A stretch of DNA of 64,000 nt from Lingula anatina. Its lineage: Eukaryota > Animalia > Brachiopoda. The stretch spans positions 992,001-1,056,000 of the forward strand of contig CM120642.1 of assembly GCA_051362555.1 (NCBI GenBank), read 5' to 3'. Position numbers and translations under genes: made by a program. Below the pieces are notes generated by a model. That model was given only the letters and a program-made list of their open reading frames with translations. It had not been told where the DNA came from and searched no databases. This document shows, one piece after another, positions 16,810 to 47,832 of the stretch; the stretch's first letter is position 1, and each line of letters starts with the position of its first letter.

Positions 16810-17061
16810 GGGCTCTTTCCCACTGAAAATATCGGTCCTTGTAGATCGATCCAACTCTGCTGGACTCTTGCTGAATGCAATCAGTTTAACATGCCTTCTC
16901 CTGACGTTGATTAGAATACAGAAAAGCTGGTGATTATGTGAGTACGTTTGAAACAAATAGAGTGTTTTAATCTGTTGAACTGACTGCGTTCAGTGAGAGT
17001 CCCTGTGAAACTGGATCAATCTACGTACTAGTAGACCAATAGTTTTAATGGGAATGAGCGC
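16810..17061. mobile_element. Degenerate Harbinger-like MITE, 252 bp, TAA TSD
   Basis: TAA|GGGCTCTTTCCCACTGAAAAT...AGTTTTAATGGGAATGAGCGC|TAA. Inner arms GTAGATCGATCCA..GGACTCTTGCTGAATGCAATCAGTTTAAC and GTTGAACTGACTGCGTTCAGTGAGAGTCC..TGGATCAATCTAC. Confidence 0.75.
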
Positions 17062-17650
17062 TAAGTGGATGCCACAACATGTCTGCATATGTCTGTAACA
17101 GATATGTGTGATTATAAACATTCTAAATCATGAGACAGGAAAGTCTAGCTGTGACATTGACACTGGTTATAATAACACTCCAAATACCTGGAAAACCCAT
17201 TATGAAATTTACTAGGTTGTCTTCTTATTACAGACTCTATATGGTACTATAACATAGATATTATGTTGGATTCCTATCTAGAACATGTGTCATAGAGAAC
17301 CTTTTGGAGTCAGTTTCCTTTTGACATTCTTTTGGACCCCATCAGAAATTTATGTAAGAGATGGAAAACAGGACAAGTAAAACTAGTCGTTTTAAGTACA
17401 TGTGTGTAGCAGCGGTAAAACCCCGCTATGAGGTAAACTTGGACATGCAACACTAACATTAAATGATGATAATCACCGTCTAGACGTTCTTTGACCTAAC
17501 ATAAGACAGGCGTTAATAATTATTTACTACTCTGACCTATTTACCTGCCTGACCCGAAACTATCATAGAATCAGTGCACGGGCACCACAGATTTTTTTTT
17601 TCATTTCAAAATAGCCTAGAGCTGTGCTAAAATAAGCATATATTACATAC

Positions 17651-18270
17651 CTTACTGATACGTGTAAATTCTTTAAGTAGATGGAGTTCTTGTGACCTCT
17701 TTCCACGTGGCTTTACGCAGCTGTTTAATATGCGTCCTGCGGTTTATTTACAACATAAGCCTTGGGAAATGAAACAGCATGAAAAGCTTTGATATCAGGT
17801 CACTAACACTGTCGACGACATCGGTGGATATTTTCTTTCCATCAAGATAAGCTGAGCAATAGGCAAATGGTTGGAAATTAGAAATCAGAAAAAGTTGTTG
17901 TAGAAACTATGAATATTTACGTAATCAAAAATCCTCCATAATAAAGAAATTATCGAACTTGGTTCTTTTTCCGTTGATGTGCTCTGTAACCTTTACAATT
18001 GAATCTTGCTAGTCTTCGCGTATGGGCGCTGCCATGTTGGATTATGGACTGGTCCGGGGGTAAAGCCTTTACAATTTATAAATGTTGATCAAATACAAAC
18101 TAAGAATGACAATGGCAATGAACTTTTTGGGGTAAAACAATACAATAATGTTATCAAAAAACCTACAGAAAGTTTAGCAAGCGTTTTACAGGCGTGATAT
18201 TTACAACAGATAAGAAAACTCCAAGCTTGTCATCCCTTCATTAGAAGAGTTTAGTTCACAGCACAAAAAC
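17651..18270. promoter_or_regulatory. Putative bidirectional promoter shared by UGDH (-) and EIF2B5 (+)
   Basis: CpG-retaining region between head-to-head genes. Minus-strand donor AAG|GTATGT at 17650 (candidate UGDH non-coding exon 1). YY1-like GCCATGTT at 18031 and AACATGGC at the EIF2B5 ATG. CACGTG at 17704. Confidence 0.55.
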
Positions 18271-21200
18271 ATGGCATCGAAGAAAAAGCGTCGGGATGAA
18301 GATTTGGCTCAGGAAGAAGTGCTGACGGCGGTGGTTTTAGCTGACAGTTTCAATGTCAGGTTTGCCCCCATAACGCACAGGAAGCCAAGGGTAAGAAAAG
18401 AATCGTGTTGCCCATAGAGACGGTCCAACCGGGCCAAATGTCTGGAACAGCTGGTCAATAATTTTACAATTTAGCGGTCATATTTTATCATTATTCAGTG
18501 TAAATCCATACTTTATAAAGTAAATGTTTAGTTTTAAATCGCAGTCTTAGCTTATAAACCAAAGTGCTGAACTCAAATTGAAATAAGAACAATTTGAAAT
18601 AGCTAAATTGTATTTTAGAAATCCAGATTTGGTTAGATTGTTTGACCCCCCCTCGGATGTTGAGAGCGTTGGATAAATTTGCATTTATAATTTTCTGGGA
18701 TCAAACCACAGATATTTATTATTACTATTATTAAATATTTAATTACCACCATGATGGTACACAGAAGTTTGCTGTATACTGAATACTTTCAGACTCTCCT
18801 TCCCCTGGTGAATGTCCCATTGTTGGACTACACCCTGGAGTTCCTGTGTTCTGCTGGTATTGAGAGAGTCTACCTGTTCTGTTGTGCTCATGCTGAACAG
18901 ATCAAAGAACATGTCAGGTGAGGAGTTGGTGCATATTTTTACAGGACGCCATCAGCATGTAGCCATATATGACATGCTTTGTTCCATAATATATATATGT
19001 TTATAATGCTTTATTGTAGTGTTCTGGCTTACCTGTTAACATTGTACTTCAGTCTGCTTAGTGCTTCAGTGGTACTAAATATAAACGTTGCTATGCACTA
19101 ATACAGTTCTTATTGATTCCAATAGGTTTTGAACAGCCTGGAATATTAATTTTCACACAAAAGCATGATTTGTTAGCAATGAAATTCTGGATCAGAAGTT
19201 AAGAAAATGATAAATCTTGAAAAAGTGAAATTTTGAGAATATGCAAAACACTTAAAAGTTATTCACCCTCTATGTGCTGGTTTCTAGGAAGTCCAAGTGG
19301 TCCACCAGGTGTTCCTCGTGTGAGGTTATTCCCATAGTGTCTGAGGACTGCCTGTCTCTGGGAGATGCTCTGAGAGAAATTGATGCCAAGGCTCTCATTG
19401 ACACGGATTTTGTCCTCGTGAATGGTGACTTGGTCTCTAATTTACCACTGAAGGATCTCATCGAGGAACACAAGTAAGTTTCTACTAAGTGTATGGATAT
19501 TTATTGGTAGATTTTTCCAAATTGAATCAGGGGATCCATTTCCGCACCTTTTCATTTGCTGCTAGTGTCTATTTGAGACCATGCCTTTTGAATGGGTCAT
19601 CTCACCTCGTTGACTTTGGTCTTCTGTAGTGTTTTCCACATACGATTGCATATATAATATGAATACATGTTCTCCTTGTAAATAAAAGTAGTTCCATGAC
19701 GGTCAAAGATGGCAGTGTCTACTTCATTTTCAAAGAAAAAGTCCACAAGCATTGTGACAATAAAGTGAAAAATGTTTTTCAACTTCTCAGATATTTGTAT
19801 ACATATGACATTTTTCTTGTTTCTACTCCAATTTCTTGTTTCTTTTATACCAATATTTCAAATCCATAAGGTTTGTATTACACACGTGTGTCTTATCCAG
19901 GGAGAGGGCCCAGAAAGTCAAATCCTCTGTCATGACAATGGTGTTCATGCATGCTGCTCCACACCACAGAACACGTTGTCGTGAAGAGGAGGTGCTCGTT
20001 GCTGTAGATAGACCTACGCAGAGAGTGCTGCACTACAGAAAAGTGGGAACAGATCATAAGTTTGAGCTGCCTGCTGTGAGTTTGAATATTGTCCTCCAGT
20101 ATTATAATCATGAAGACTACTAGCCGGTTGGATTTTGAATGGATCTTATGTAGCTGTCCATATTGTGGAATGTTATTACTTTGGGGCTTTTCTTTCTTTA
20201 ACTATTTTGTTGCATGGTCACAGACCTGGCAATAACATGAATGACCGCAACATATGAAAATTTATACATAAACATCTTAGCAATGTATTTTATAGGTAAA
20301 ATGCTTCTCCTGCCACAAGAGAGAAATTTAACTTATTTGACTTAAGTACATATTTTTGCCATTTGAGTGAAGCTTACTCCTAATTGTTGTCATAAATCAT
20401 TCACATAATGAAAATATTGTAGAATTTTTCCTATGCTTGCAATGGGAGTAATTTTCTTGTCATTTTCCAGGAACTATTCCAAGAATTCAGTGACATTCAG
20501 CTCCGCTATGATCTCCTTGATTGCCACATCAGCATCTGTTCTCCTCTGGTGCCACAACTTTTCACCGATAACTTTGACTATCAGACAAGTGATGATTTTG
20601 TGAGAGGGATCTTAGTCAGTGAAGAGGTATGCATTTTTATTTTTGGTACTTCAGTCTTATGGATACTGGTATCCCTTGTCATACAGCTTATCTTATAAAA
20701 AACAAAAAAAAAATACTTTGAAAATGTATCATCCACCGATTATCTTCAAAGTTGCCCATCCCAGAGTCTCAAACTATCTACCTACCTGAAATACAAAAAG
20801 TCCTAAGTCTATGTATTTGGGCTACACATTTTATGCGACATGATTAAACATTGGCAGTGGGCATTACCTTAACTTTTCTTTAGCTTATGATAATAATTTA
20901 ACAAATATTTTGATAATAAATACTGATTGTTTTATGTTCAGATTTTAGGCAACACCATCCATATGAAGGTAGTAGAGGAAGGTTACGCTGCCAGAGTGTC
21001 CAATCTCCAGATGTATGACGCAGTCAGGTGAGAACACGTGCACATACACACACACCTCTTCCAAGATGAGGGGATTATTTCAATAAGTTTTCTTCCTTTT
21101 TTATTTCCTTTCTATTCAGAAGAGGCAATTTCTACTATTTTAGTCAGATATTCTGTACATATATTAGATTACAAATGAAAATTATCAAACACAAGCTGAA

Positions 21201-24200
21201 AAACTGTCAGGCTGTTAGCTTTTTATATATTAGATTTGTTGTAAGTTTTCTTTGCATTATATTTCAGTAAAGACATAATCAGATAGCCAGATATACTGTA
21301 CATAAGTTAGATTTGCTGTATGTTATGTTTCAGTAAAGACATAATCAGCAGGTGGAGTTTTCCTTTAGTTCCTGACAACGACATCAGCAACAACAATAAT
21401 ATGAATAAATACAGCTACGGGAGACATAATATTTATCTCAATAAGGACATTACTCTGGCCAGGTGAGGCTGTATTTGTAGACTTAACTAATATTTTTCTT
21501 GAAAAAATTTTTAATCTCCTTGGAAATCTGTTAACACAGTAATGCTCATGTGAGTTTTTAAAGTTGAATCTGTGAAAATAGCATGGAAATTCATGTTAGC
21601 ACTCCTGTTTACATTTCTTAATAGATAACTTACTAAATGTGCTTATGCACGAACAATATATGTTAAATTCTATGCATAAATTTTGAAATGACCTCAGTTT
21701 GTTTTGAAACTTAAGTGTCTTTATATTTCAGAGGTATAAGACAAGTATGTAAAAGCAAAAACTGTACTATACTGTTTAGATAGCTTTCTATAATATAAAA
21801 GGTTGTCTCGTGGTTTTATATTCCAGAGGGTGTGTCCTGCAGGAAGATGTGGTGATAGGCCCCGGCACTAGTATAGGCTCAGGGTCCACTCTGGCTCACT
21901 CCGTGGTAGGGAGAAATTGTAAAATAGGTAAATATTTCATATTTCTTATGAGAAAATATTTTCATTGGATTGGATCTATATTAAACAGATTTATAGAGGG
22001 ATTTTCTTGAAAATTAGATCCCTTTTTTTTCATACATGTTCTTCAAAATGTCCTGTGCATATCAGATTGCAATTAATGAAGAAATCTTGCATACTGTAAT
22101 TATTAAATGCAAAAACATCTAAAATTTACTTTTCCCCTTAAATTTGTAATTTATATGTGAAAATTTATTGAAAATTAGCTAAAATAATATGGGCCTATAA
22201 AAATCAGTACATCCAAAGATTTACTTTATTCAATGTACATGCATATATTTGTCATCAGGAGAGAATGTCAAGTTACAGAATGCCTACATCTGGGACGGTG
22301 TTACTATAGAAGATGGCGTTTCCGTGACTACCGCTGTGATTGCCGACAACGCTGTCCTGAAGAAAGACGTTACTGTAGAACCTGGATGTGTGTTTTCCTA
22401 TGATGTAAGCATAAAAAGTGTTTGTTAATTTAATTGTTGATACCAGCTGGCTGAAAACAAATTAAATTTTCTTTGTATTAGAATCAGATATGTTTTTCAG
22501 TTACATTTATTGGTGCACATGGTAAGTAAATCATTCAGTAGCAGATCTGCATTTCTGTTCAGTTTAATGATTTTAATCACCAGTGTATCAATTTTTTTGT
22601 AATTTTCCCATTGATTCACTTTTGAAATTCATGTGCATGCAAGACTTTCATGCCAATAGCAGCCTTTTGATAGGTAAAAAGCAATGCTGTTTCCAAGCAA
22701 GCTGATATTGGACAAATGCCATTCTCATTATTTTGTTATTGTAGTTAAAGTACTGTTCAGGTAGTTATCAGGTCATTGTCATTGTGAAGTGTACTTTTGT
22801 TGAAATAAGTCAGTAATAATAATGATAATAAAAATTACCAATTTCAGCTTTACTGTCTGAATGTTGAACATTCACACTGAAAGTAAACAAACTGTGTTTG
22901 TTTATTTCCAGGTAGTTGTTGGTCCATCAGTTAAAATCCCATCAGGCACGATACTGTCCTCAGCTCCAGTGGAAGATGACGGGTTCAGTGACGAGGAAGA
23001 GGAGACAGTTAAAGGTTAAGATTACATATTAATTCAGTAATGTCACAGCATAGAATTCAATCATCTGCTTTGTGCACTCAAACTTACAAGAAAAGATTAT
23101 TCAGAAAACAACTAAACTTTGGGTTATTTCTAATCTGTTATTGAAACTTTGAATTGTGTCAAAAGAAAAAAATACTTCTCAAGTCAAGATGGCTAGATAC
23201 AGCATACACCCTATGCTTTCAGACCCCCAGTCTGTAGGGCTGGTAGACCTCAGATATATTTTAGGGGACTGTTTGAGTCAGGTGCAACACAGTCTGAACT
23301 CCTATAGACAATAATGAAATAATGTAATACAACCATTTTCACTGGTCTAATGGGATTAGTGACTTAGGTCCAATGATTGGACTTATTCTTTGATCAAGTA
23401 TTAATTGTTTTAGGCAGTTTCCTTGAACTGGTGGCTAACATTGCAGACTTGAGTATTTATACACTGTGTCATATTCTTACTCCCTTACAGGTCTCAATCC
23501 AGTACTGGTAGGTTCACAGGGTGTGGCCTATCTATATCAGCCTGACGCAGAGGACAGCGATAATGACGATATCATACAGGACATGTGGGGTCTAACCATC
23601 CAATCAGAGGAGGACGATGCCAGCAGTGTGGGGAGTATGGGAAGCGATGAGTTGTCGCCGCCCTCCAGCCCACCAGCAGATGATATGAAATGTGAGAATT
23701 TGAAAACGATTTGGACATGGTCGTTTATAAAAATGAACTGATGCATTGTAATCTCTCTCTCTATTTAAACAAATGGAGTAAATAATAGAAAACTACTAGT
23801 ATATTAGTTATATTCTAGTTTTATAATACAACCCTTGTGACAAATAGACTTGGAGACAAGATACAGTTGAAAACTACTGACAAGTGGTCACAGGATGAAA
23901 TAATTCTTTTACTTGGATTTTGGCAAAATGTGAAGAAGAAACTTGAAAAGAAACCCCAAATTTTAATTAATATGAACAATTTAATTTCTTTTTTAGTGTT
24001 CTATGGAGAGGTATTGGATACTTTAGAAAGAGTGTTTACAGAAAACATAGGGACAGACAATACAATATTGGAGATAAACTCTCTCAAGTGAGTTATAAGA
24101 TGATTTGTCCAATATTTAGATTTCAGTGAGAATAGCTTTTCAGATATTATAACCTAAAAGGACTAGAATTCACAATCAATTTCACCAGGTGAAAAACGGT

Positions 24201-25322
24201 GGAAGTAAAATGGCAATTGGTGAAGGAACAGGTTTTAAGAACTTTTATAAATTTTAACATTTACCAGGCATGCCTACAACATCACCATAAACGAACTGAA
24301 TGGTCTTGTAACCAAGGCAATTATCGCTTACCCACAGAGAAATAATAAAGAGATGGACCCCCCAAAACTGATGAGCGCTCTTAAACCAGTGAGTGTTGTA
24401 TTGATGAGTTGGTATTTGGACAGGGGAATTTGTTAAAAAAGACATTAACTGAAATTTAAAGTAAAAATAATGATTTTTTAAAAGTCTGGCTTAAGTGAAG
24501 CGGTACAATGCTGTAAATGAGCAGGGATAGTAGTTTGATACTTTTCAATGAACCCGTATCACAGAGTTTGTGTCACATTGTTTCTCTTTTGAAAAGTTCA
24601 CAAGTTTTACATGGACATTGGTATAAAAACATGTTGTAAAACCTACACTTATCATGATAATCATCTTAATTTTCCCATGTTTTGCAGGTACTTTCCAAAC
24701 TACTTCCTGTCCTAAGAAACTACATGAAAAATACGGAATGTCAGCTGGAGTGTTTGGCAGCGTTGGAGGTAGGGTGTATACTGGGGTCTGTAGTAATATT
24801 ATAGGGATGTTTATGGAGATTATTCCACATTCAATTGAGATTGTAAATTATATAAGAATATGTTAAATTTTTCCCCAAAAATTTACATAGAATCATGGTT
24901 TAACACAATTTATGAGATTTTTTTGTATATGTCTTCTATTTCTATTCCAATTCTAAACGATCCTGCATTGAATGTTTCAATTTGTTTCCTCATAAAATTC
25001 TGACAGTATCTCTTGCACCATATCATGATCTTTTTCTTTGCCTTGTCTGTGGAGTGAAATTAAGTTCATAAAAATATTAATCTTGTCTTAAATGTTAGGA
25101 TTACTCTATCCATCATCCCTCCACGGGCGCTATCCTCATGAAGGTGATGCAAGTTCTGTATAACGCAGACATTTTATCTGAGGAAGCCATCTTGCACTGG
25201 TATGAGAACGTTCCTACAGACCACGCTGACCAGCACCAAAAAATACGGAAACAGGTCAGTGATGTTTTTTAATTTCATATATTTTCATAAACCTATTTAT
25301 TGGTTCATGAAAATTATACAAT

Positions 25323-25377
<55 letters not shown>

Positions 25378-25632
25378 AGAAGCTTTATTTTAGTTATCTT
25401 CACTATACTGAATATGCCATTACGCATGCACGCACACACACACACACACATGCAGTGAGGGTGAGATATGAACAGACAAGAAGTGGGGAGAAGTGTTCTT
25501 GGTCATCCTAAGCATATGTAAAGCCAAACTGATTGACATAGCTTTTTAAGGATTTTTAATAGGCACATCTTTGTTTTCCAGGTGGAAACATTTATAAAAT
25601 GGCTTGAAGAGGCAGAGGAGGAGTCAGACTGA
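18271..25632 (+). CDS. EIF2B5: Translation initiation factor eIF2B subunit epsilon, 675 aa, 16 exons
   Basis: Exons: 18271-18390, 18793-18917, 19288-19473, 19901-20075, 20471-20626, 20942-21027, 21334-21462, 21827-21927, 22259-22404, 22912-23014, 23491-23691, 23997-24087, 24268-24388, 24688-24768, 25099-25254, 25582-25632. GT-AG, total 2028 nt. Motifs [30 protein letters not shown] (NF motif), left-handed beta-helix, LEINSLKHAYN, W2/HEAT end [13 protein letters not shown]. Confidence 0.98.
25323..25374. repeat. (TA)n(GA)n compound microsatellite
   Basis: Directly visible. Confidence 0.9.
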
Positions 25633-26311
25633 TTAGTGAATATTTTGTTACGGGATGAAGAAGCTAGTTTGATTTTGATAAGACAGTGAATTCTGGCAAG
25701 GATTTTAATTTAAAAAGAGGATTAATTCACTGTGGATTAGAGAGGATTAACAGTGATGTGGATTTGACAATATTAACTTGTGCTGATATGGAACAGACAT
25801 GAATTCTGATGAGAAATGTGAAAACAGTTTTATTCAATTGAATTGAAAGTGTATATTATCTAACTGGAGGGCCTTAATGTCACAATTAATATTGCTGCTG
25901 AGAGCAGTGGCAGGTGTCAGATTGTGGTAGAGGAGATTTAAACACAATGAGCCGGTCTCACCCCATTGTGATATTCTGTGGCATTAAATGAACAGAATGC
26001 AGTGGTTTAAGGTGAAAAGAAATTGAGGCAAATATGTCTTGTATCATTCATTTTCTGAAGAAGATTCCATAAAATTAATATAAAATACAAGTAACTTGAG
26101 TCACAGCCTCCCCTGTGGTTTGTTTTAAAAGAATTGGAAATCCTACAAGATGGGAAATGGTTCAAGAAAAGATTGAAAGATGCTAAACATTATAAATGTT
26201 CAAGTCAGATAAATCTAATAATTCTTTCCATGTTTTCCTCTTGTTAATATTTTTTACAACAATTTATATGGAACATTTTTAAGTTGCAACATGTAAATCC
26301 ATCAGTTGTAA

Positions 26312-26431
26312 AATAAAGATCGAATGTGCAATTAACGCTTGAATTAAATATTCTTCATGGCGGGCAACAGGAAGACAATATGGAAAATAAAACAGAAGCC
26401 AGGAGTTTTATCTGTTTCAATTTTGTTTATT
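26312..26431. terminator. Convergent polyadenylation signals (EIF2B5 + and KLF -)
   Basis: AATAAA at 26312-26317 and 26386-26391 on +. TTTATT at 26426-26431 is AATAAA on -. Confidence 0.45.
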
Positions 26432-29363
26432 TTACCACAACACTAGACCAATCCCAACTTGGTCTATCTCAATTCATCAATCAATCAATATTATATCAAT
26501 CTTTCACTGAATACATAATTATTACTGATCCAATAATTTACAGATATCAACTGTGTTAAGCTAATATGTGACAACACTGTACAGGTTAAAATAGGAGTTG
26601 CCTCCCATCAAAGACCCCCTCCCCCCCCCCCCCCCTTTCAATAAAGTGTACACTTGGTTGTAGCAACTCTGTTTACAGAACATGCTGTTCCAATATTGCT
26701 ATAATTTGGCATGTCTTTTTATTTTTCTGACCCTTACTTCACAACTGCTACAAAACTCGCAAAGACCTCAATACATCAACTGAGTAAGCTTCTCAATTTT
26801 TCCAGCATATGCAAAGAAACTATATTTTATTACATAACTTCTTTACTTAACTGATCTATATTAGCCCAGTAGCTACAGCAGCAAATGTAAAAGTTAAAGG
26901 ATACTCTTAACTAAACACATAACTACATCTTGACAGTTTAATAAGGTAATGCATGGCAAAAGCAAGGAAACTGGAGATAATTACTGTTTCTAATTCACTA
27001 ATGTGGCAATGATAAAGTGACTGGGTAGTCCTAACTAACTGGAGAAGGTTTTTGGATAATCTGTGGCAAATGCAAGGAGACTGGCGACTGATGATTTAAG
27101 TTCATCAGTCTGTTAAATCAACCTTAAAGACAACACTTAACTACCTTTCTTCTGAAGCTTCTGCCAGTAATTGAAATATTACAATAAATAAAAGAAGTTT
27201 ACAATATTTACACCAAACATTATTACTCAGGTGTTTGAATCTGAGTTTTTGTCTACCTTTAGGCATCGAGGAAATAAAAACATTGCAGCATTAAAATATT
27301 TCTAATGCCAGCATACCAGCAGAACAGCAAAAATGGCAAGATTTGAAGAATTATGAAATACACAGGACTTGGAATTTTACAATCTCCATTTCTAACAATT
27401 TCAACCAAGTCTTCACAAACAAGCTTTGTGTAGAGAACTGCACTTTAGTAAGTCTGCCTATAGATGCAATTAACCAATGAAAAAATATCCCCAAAAGTAT
27501 AACCATTCACTCCCAATCCAAAGTATACCTATGACATAATTATATAACAAGTTATATTATGAATTTATAATTACAATAGCACCAATTACATCAATCAAAA
27601 GTGTATAAAATTGCAAGATGAATATTAATACTATAATAATTACTAAAATGCACTTGTACAATTATATGCTATATATAAGATACTAAGCCCCGTTTACACA
27701 TGGTAACTGGGGTCAAAAATTCTGCAGTACTAAAAACAAATGGCCTTCTGAAGTGGAATTCTTGCTTGTATTACTATCAAAAAATGGCACACTAATTAAT
27801 TCCAACAACACAATACAAAAGCCCAATGGAATGGCTTCTTCTTAAACTCGTCTGTGCAATAAGTGATCAGATAATTTGTTACTACAATAGGGAGCTTAAA
27901 GCTGTGCACGGTATAGTTTGCTAAAAATAGAAAAAGTGTGTGGAATATTCGTTAGCACAAAAAGACAGGACAACAGCACATACAAACTTTACAATATAGT
28001 GTAAATACCAAGAATTTAGTAAGAATCATGGCAGAATGATATTTATCAGAAAAAGAGAGAGCAAAACTAAAAATGCCCCCTCAGAAATGTATCCTTTTTA
28101 GCTGACCTGAATAGTATAATTCCTGTTGTGTAGTTCCTATACATGATTATGCTGCCTTAGCTTAATTTCAGTCACTTATTTCATTTTCTGACTGCTAAAA
28201 TAAGTTGATCACATTTTTGGTGACAGAAATTTGTAAAAAATAAATAAATAAATAAAACAAAAAAACATTGTAGAAAATCATGATTAGACACTCCATTGTA
28301 TCTGTTTTTGAAAAGACTGGTAGATCATGTATTTTTATGATTCTGTAATATCTAACTCAGTTTCAGTCTTGTAGTGTATTAGAATCTCTCTACTGCCCTC
28401 TTACTATGTCATGTCAAACAAGGAATCTAAACTGACTGGAACTTTGGGTGACATTCTTGTTTTTAGCTGCAATCCATGTACAGGCATTCTATGGCACTTC
28501 TTAGTGGATGCAGGAAGCAGTCGTATTGTAAAAAAACAGATATTTTGCAAGCTGATGGAATCTGTTCAAGAACCTAACAGCATTTTTCCAAGAAAACGGA
28601 ATCGTTATGTTTAGAAACTGGTCCATTCAAAATTTCAATATGAAACAGGAAAAAACAATGATCAGATCATCTTTGTTAAAATCTGGATATTTGCCTCAAG
28701 TTGTAAGACTTATGAAGATGTTATAATGTATACTAACTACGCAACCGGGTGTTCATTTGCAGTTTAACTTTCTAATTCTTTTAACATCATGGACATTTTC
28801 AATACATGGCTCTCGGACTAGAGAGGATTTGCTATTACAGTTAATTACCTATTTATTATGCTTTCGTGCTTTCAAACAACAGATGACTGCAGTAGTCTTA
28901 AGTGACCATTGATGTGAGTGATTAGGTGTAAACTTGAGACCATCCCTACATCTCTACCTTATGGCCCTTCTCTCTACACGACAAGTACAAAACAACACAA
29001 CATAAAAAAACATACACTTTTGATTTTTGGCAACGGGTATGCCAAATAATGATGATAATACTGGATGAATAAATATATTATAGCTTGTTTTCAAATCAGT
29101 AGACACCGTGTCTACATCTCTCAGTTATGGAAGCACATACACTTCATGCATATGATTTTACATTGAAAATAATTTCATTTTCGCTCTGATCTCTCTCTTG
29201 GCTCAAGTCGCGGAGACGACTTTTCGTTAACAGCTGCAATCACAGATGTCAGTTATTATTGCTAACTCTGCATCTTCTTCTGATTGGACTTTCATCACTT
29301 CACAGTCAATCAATCAACCTGTCAATCAAACAATCACTGCAACCTGGCTCCTCCCCCTTCATC

Positions 29364-29459
29364 CCTTACATGGTAGCCTTGGCCATATATGGAAGTCCTG
29401 ATCACATATTCTGACAGCTCAGAAATCAGCCAGAGTCAGTAATGACCAATTATGGAAGT
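29364..29459. promoter_or_regulatory. CArG-box cluster just 3' of the KLF stop codon
   Basis: CCATATATGG (29383-29392) and CCAATTATGG (29446-29455), each running into GGAAGT. Near-CArG CCTTACATGG at 29364-29373. Confidence 0.45.
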
Positions 29460-29635
29460 TTTGACCAAAGGCGGCCACCATGTATAGCACGGCAGATAAA
29501 ACAGTGGCGAGTTGGCATTTTAAATGCCAAAGCCAAACCAGGGCCCATGACAAGGCAAAAATGGAAGCCTCGTTGTCAAAGGTAACAACAATGTGTAGCT
29601 ATTCATCAAGAAAAATGTTGTCCGGCCATGCTTCC

Positions 29636-47075
<17,440 letters not shown>

Positions 47076-47575
47076 CTACAGTGAAAGAAATAAAACACAA
47101 ACATTAATCAGAGTATGATAACCAATATCCTAAGATATTATGAAATAATACTTTGAAATGCAATAGATAAGACCTGGTCAAATAAGCAAGGATTTCAGTC
47201 TCAAATTAGTGAAATTAATGAGCAATATACTGTGACCTTGACTACTCTGACACCTGGCGTTAAAGAATGAAAGGAAAATACCAAGTTACCTTAATGATCA
47301 TTGCCAAATTATATCATTAATCAATTAACTTATACATGACATTCTTCTCTCCTCTAGCAAAAGTCAACCCACACTTTTATGTTCATCTTTTACGGTTCAA
47401 ATTTGGGTCCCCTATACTACTGCAATAATAATAACATTATCTGCCATTTATCATTTCATTAGACTTAAATTGGCATCTTTCACTTAACTGAACATCATAT
47501 TTATCAGTAGTAGATGCCTGTATTTTGATGTTTATTATAGAAAGATAAATGAACTCAAGTTCACAGTGACATTTA

Positions 47576-47832
47576 GGCTTCGTTCACATGCAATGTCTAT
47601 TTTCTAAATTCTATTTTCTATTCGCGCTATCTTATGATCACGGTCTGTGCACTGAATATCCCGCCGCGTAATTACTGGCAGCGCGAGCCAGTTACTTATA
47701 GTAACTTATAGTAACTGGCTCGCGCTGCCAGTAATTACAGCGCGGGATATTCAGTGCACAGACCGTGATCATAAGACATACCGAAAATAGAAAATAGAAA
47801 ATAGAAAATAGACATTGCATGTGAACGAAGCC
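47576..47832. mobile_element. Near-perfect palindromic Harbinger-like MITE, 257 bp
   Basis: GGCTTCGTTCACATGCAATGTCTATTTTCTA...TAGAAAATAGACATTGCATGTGAACGAAGCC with about 120-bp arms. Flanks TTA/TAA. CpG-rich. Confidence 0.9.

Noticed and set aside
27687-27714. TAA|GCCCCGTTTACAC Harbinger-like terminus
   Set aside because: No matching opposite TIR found
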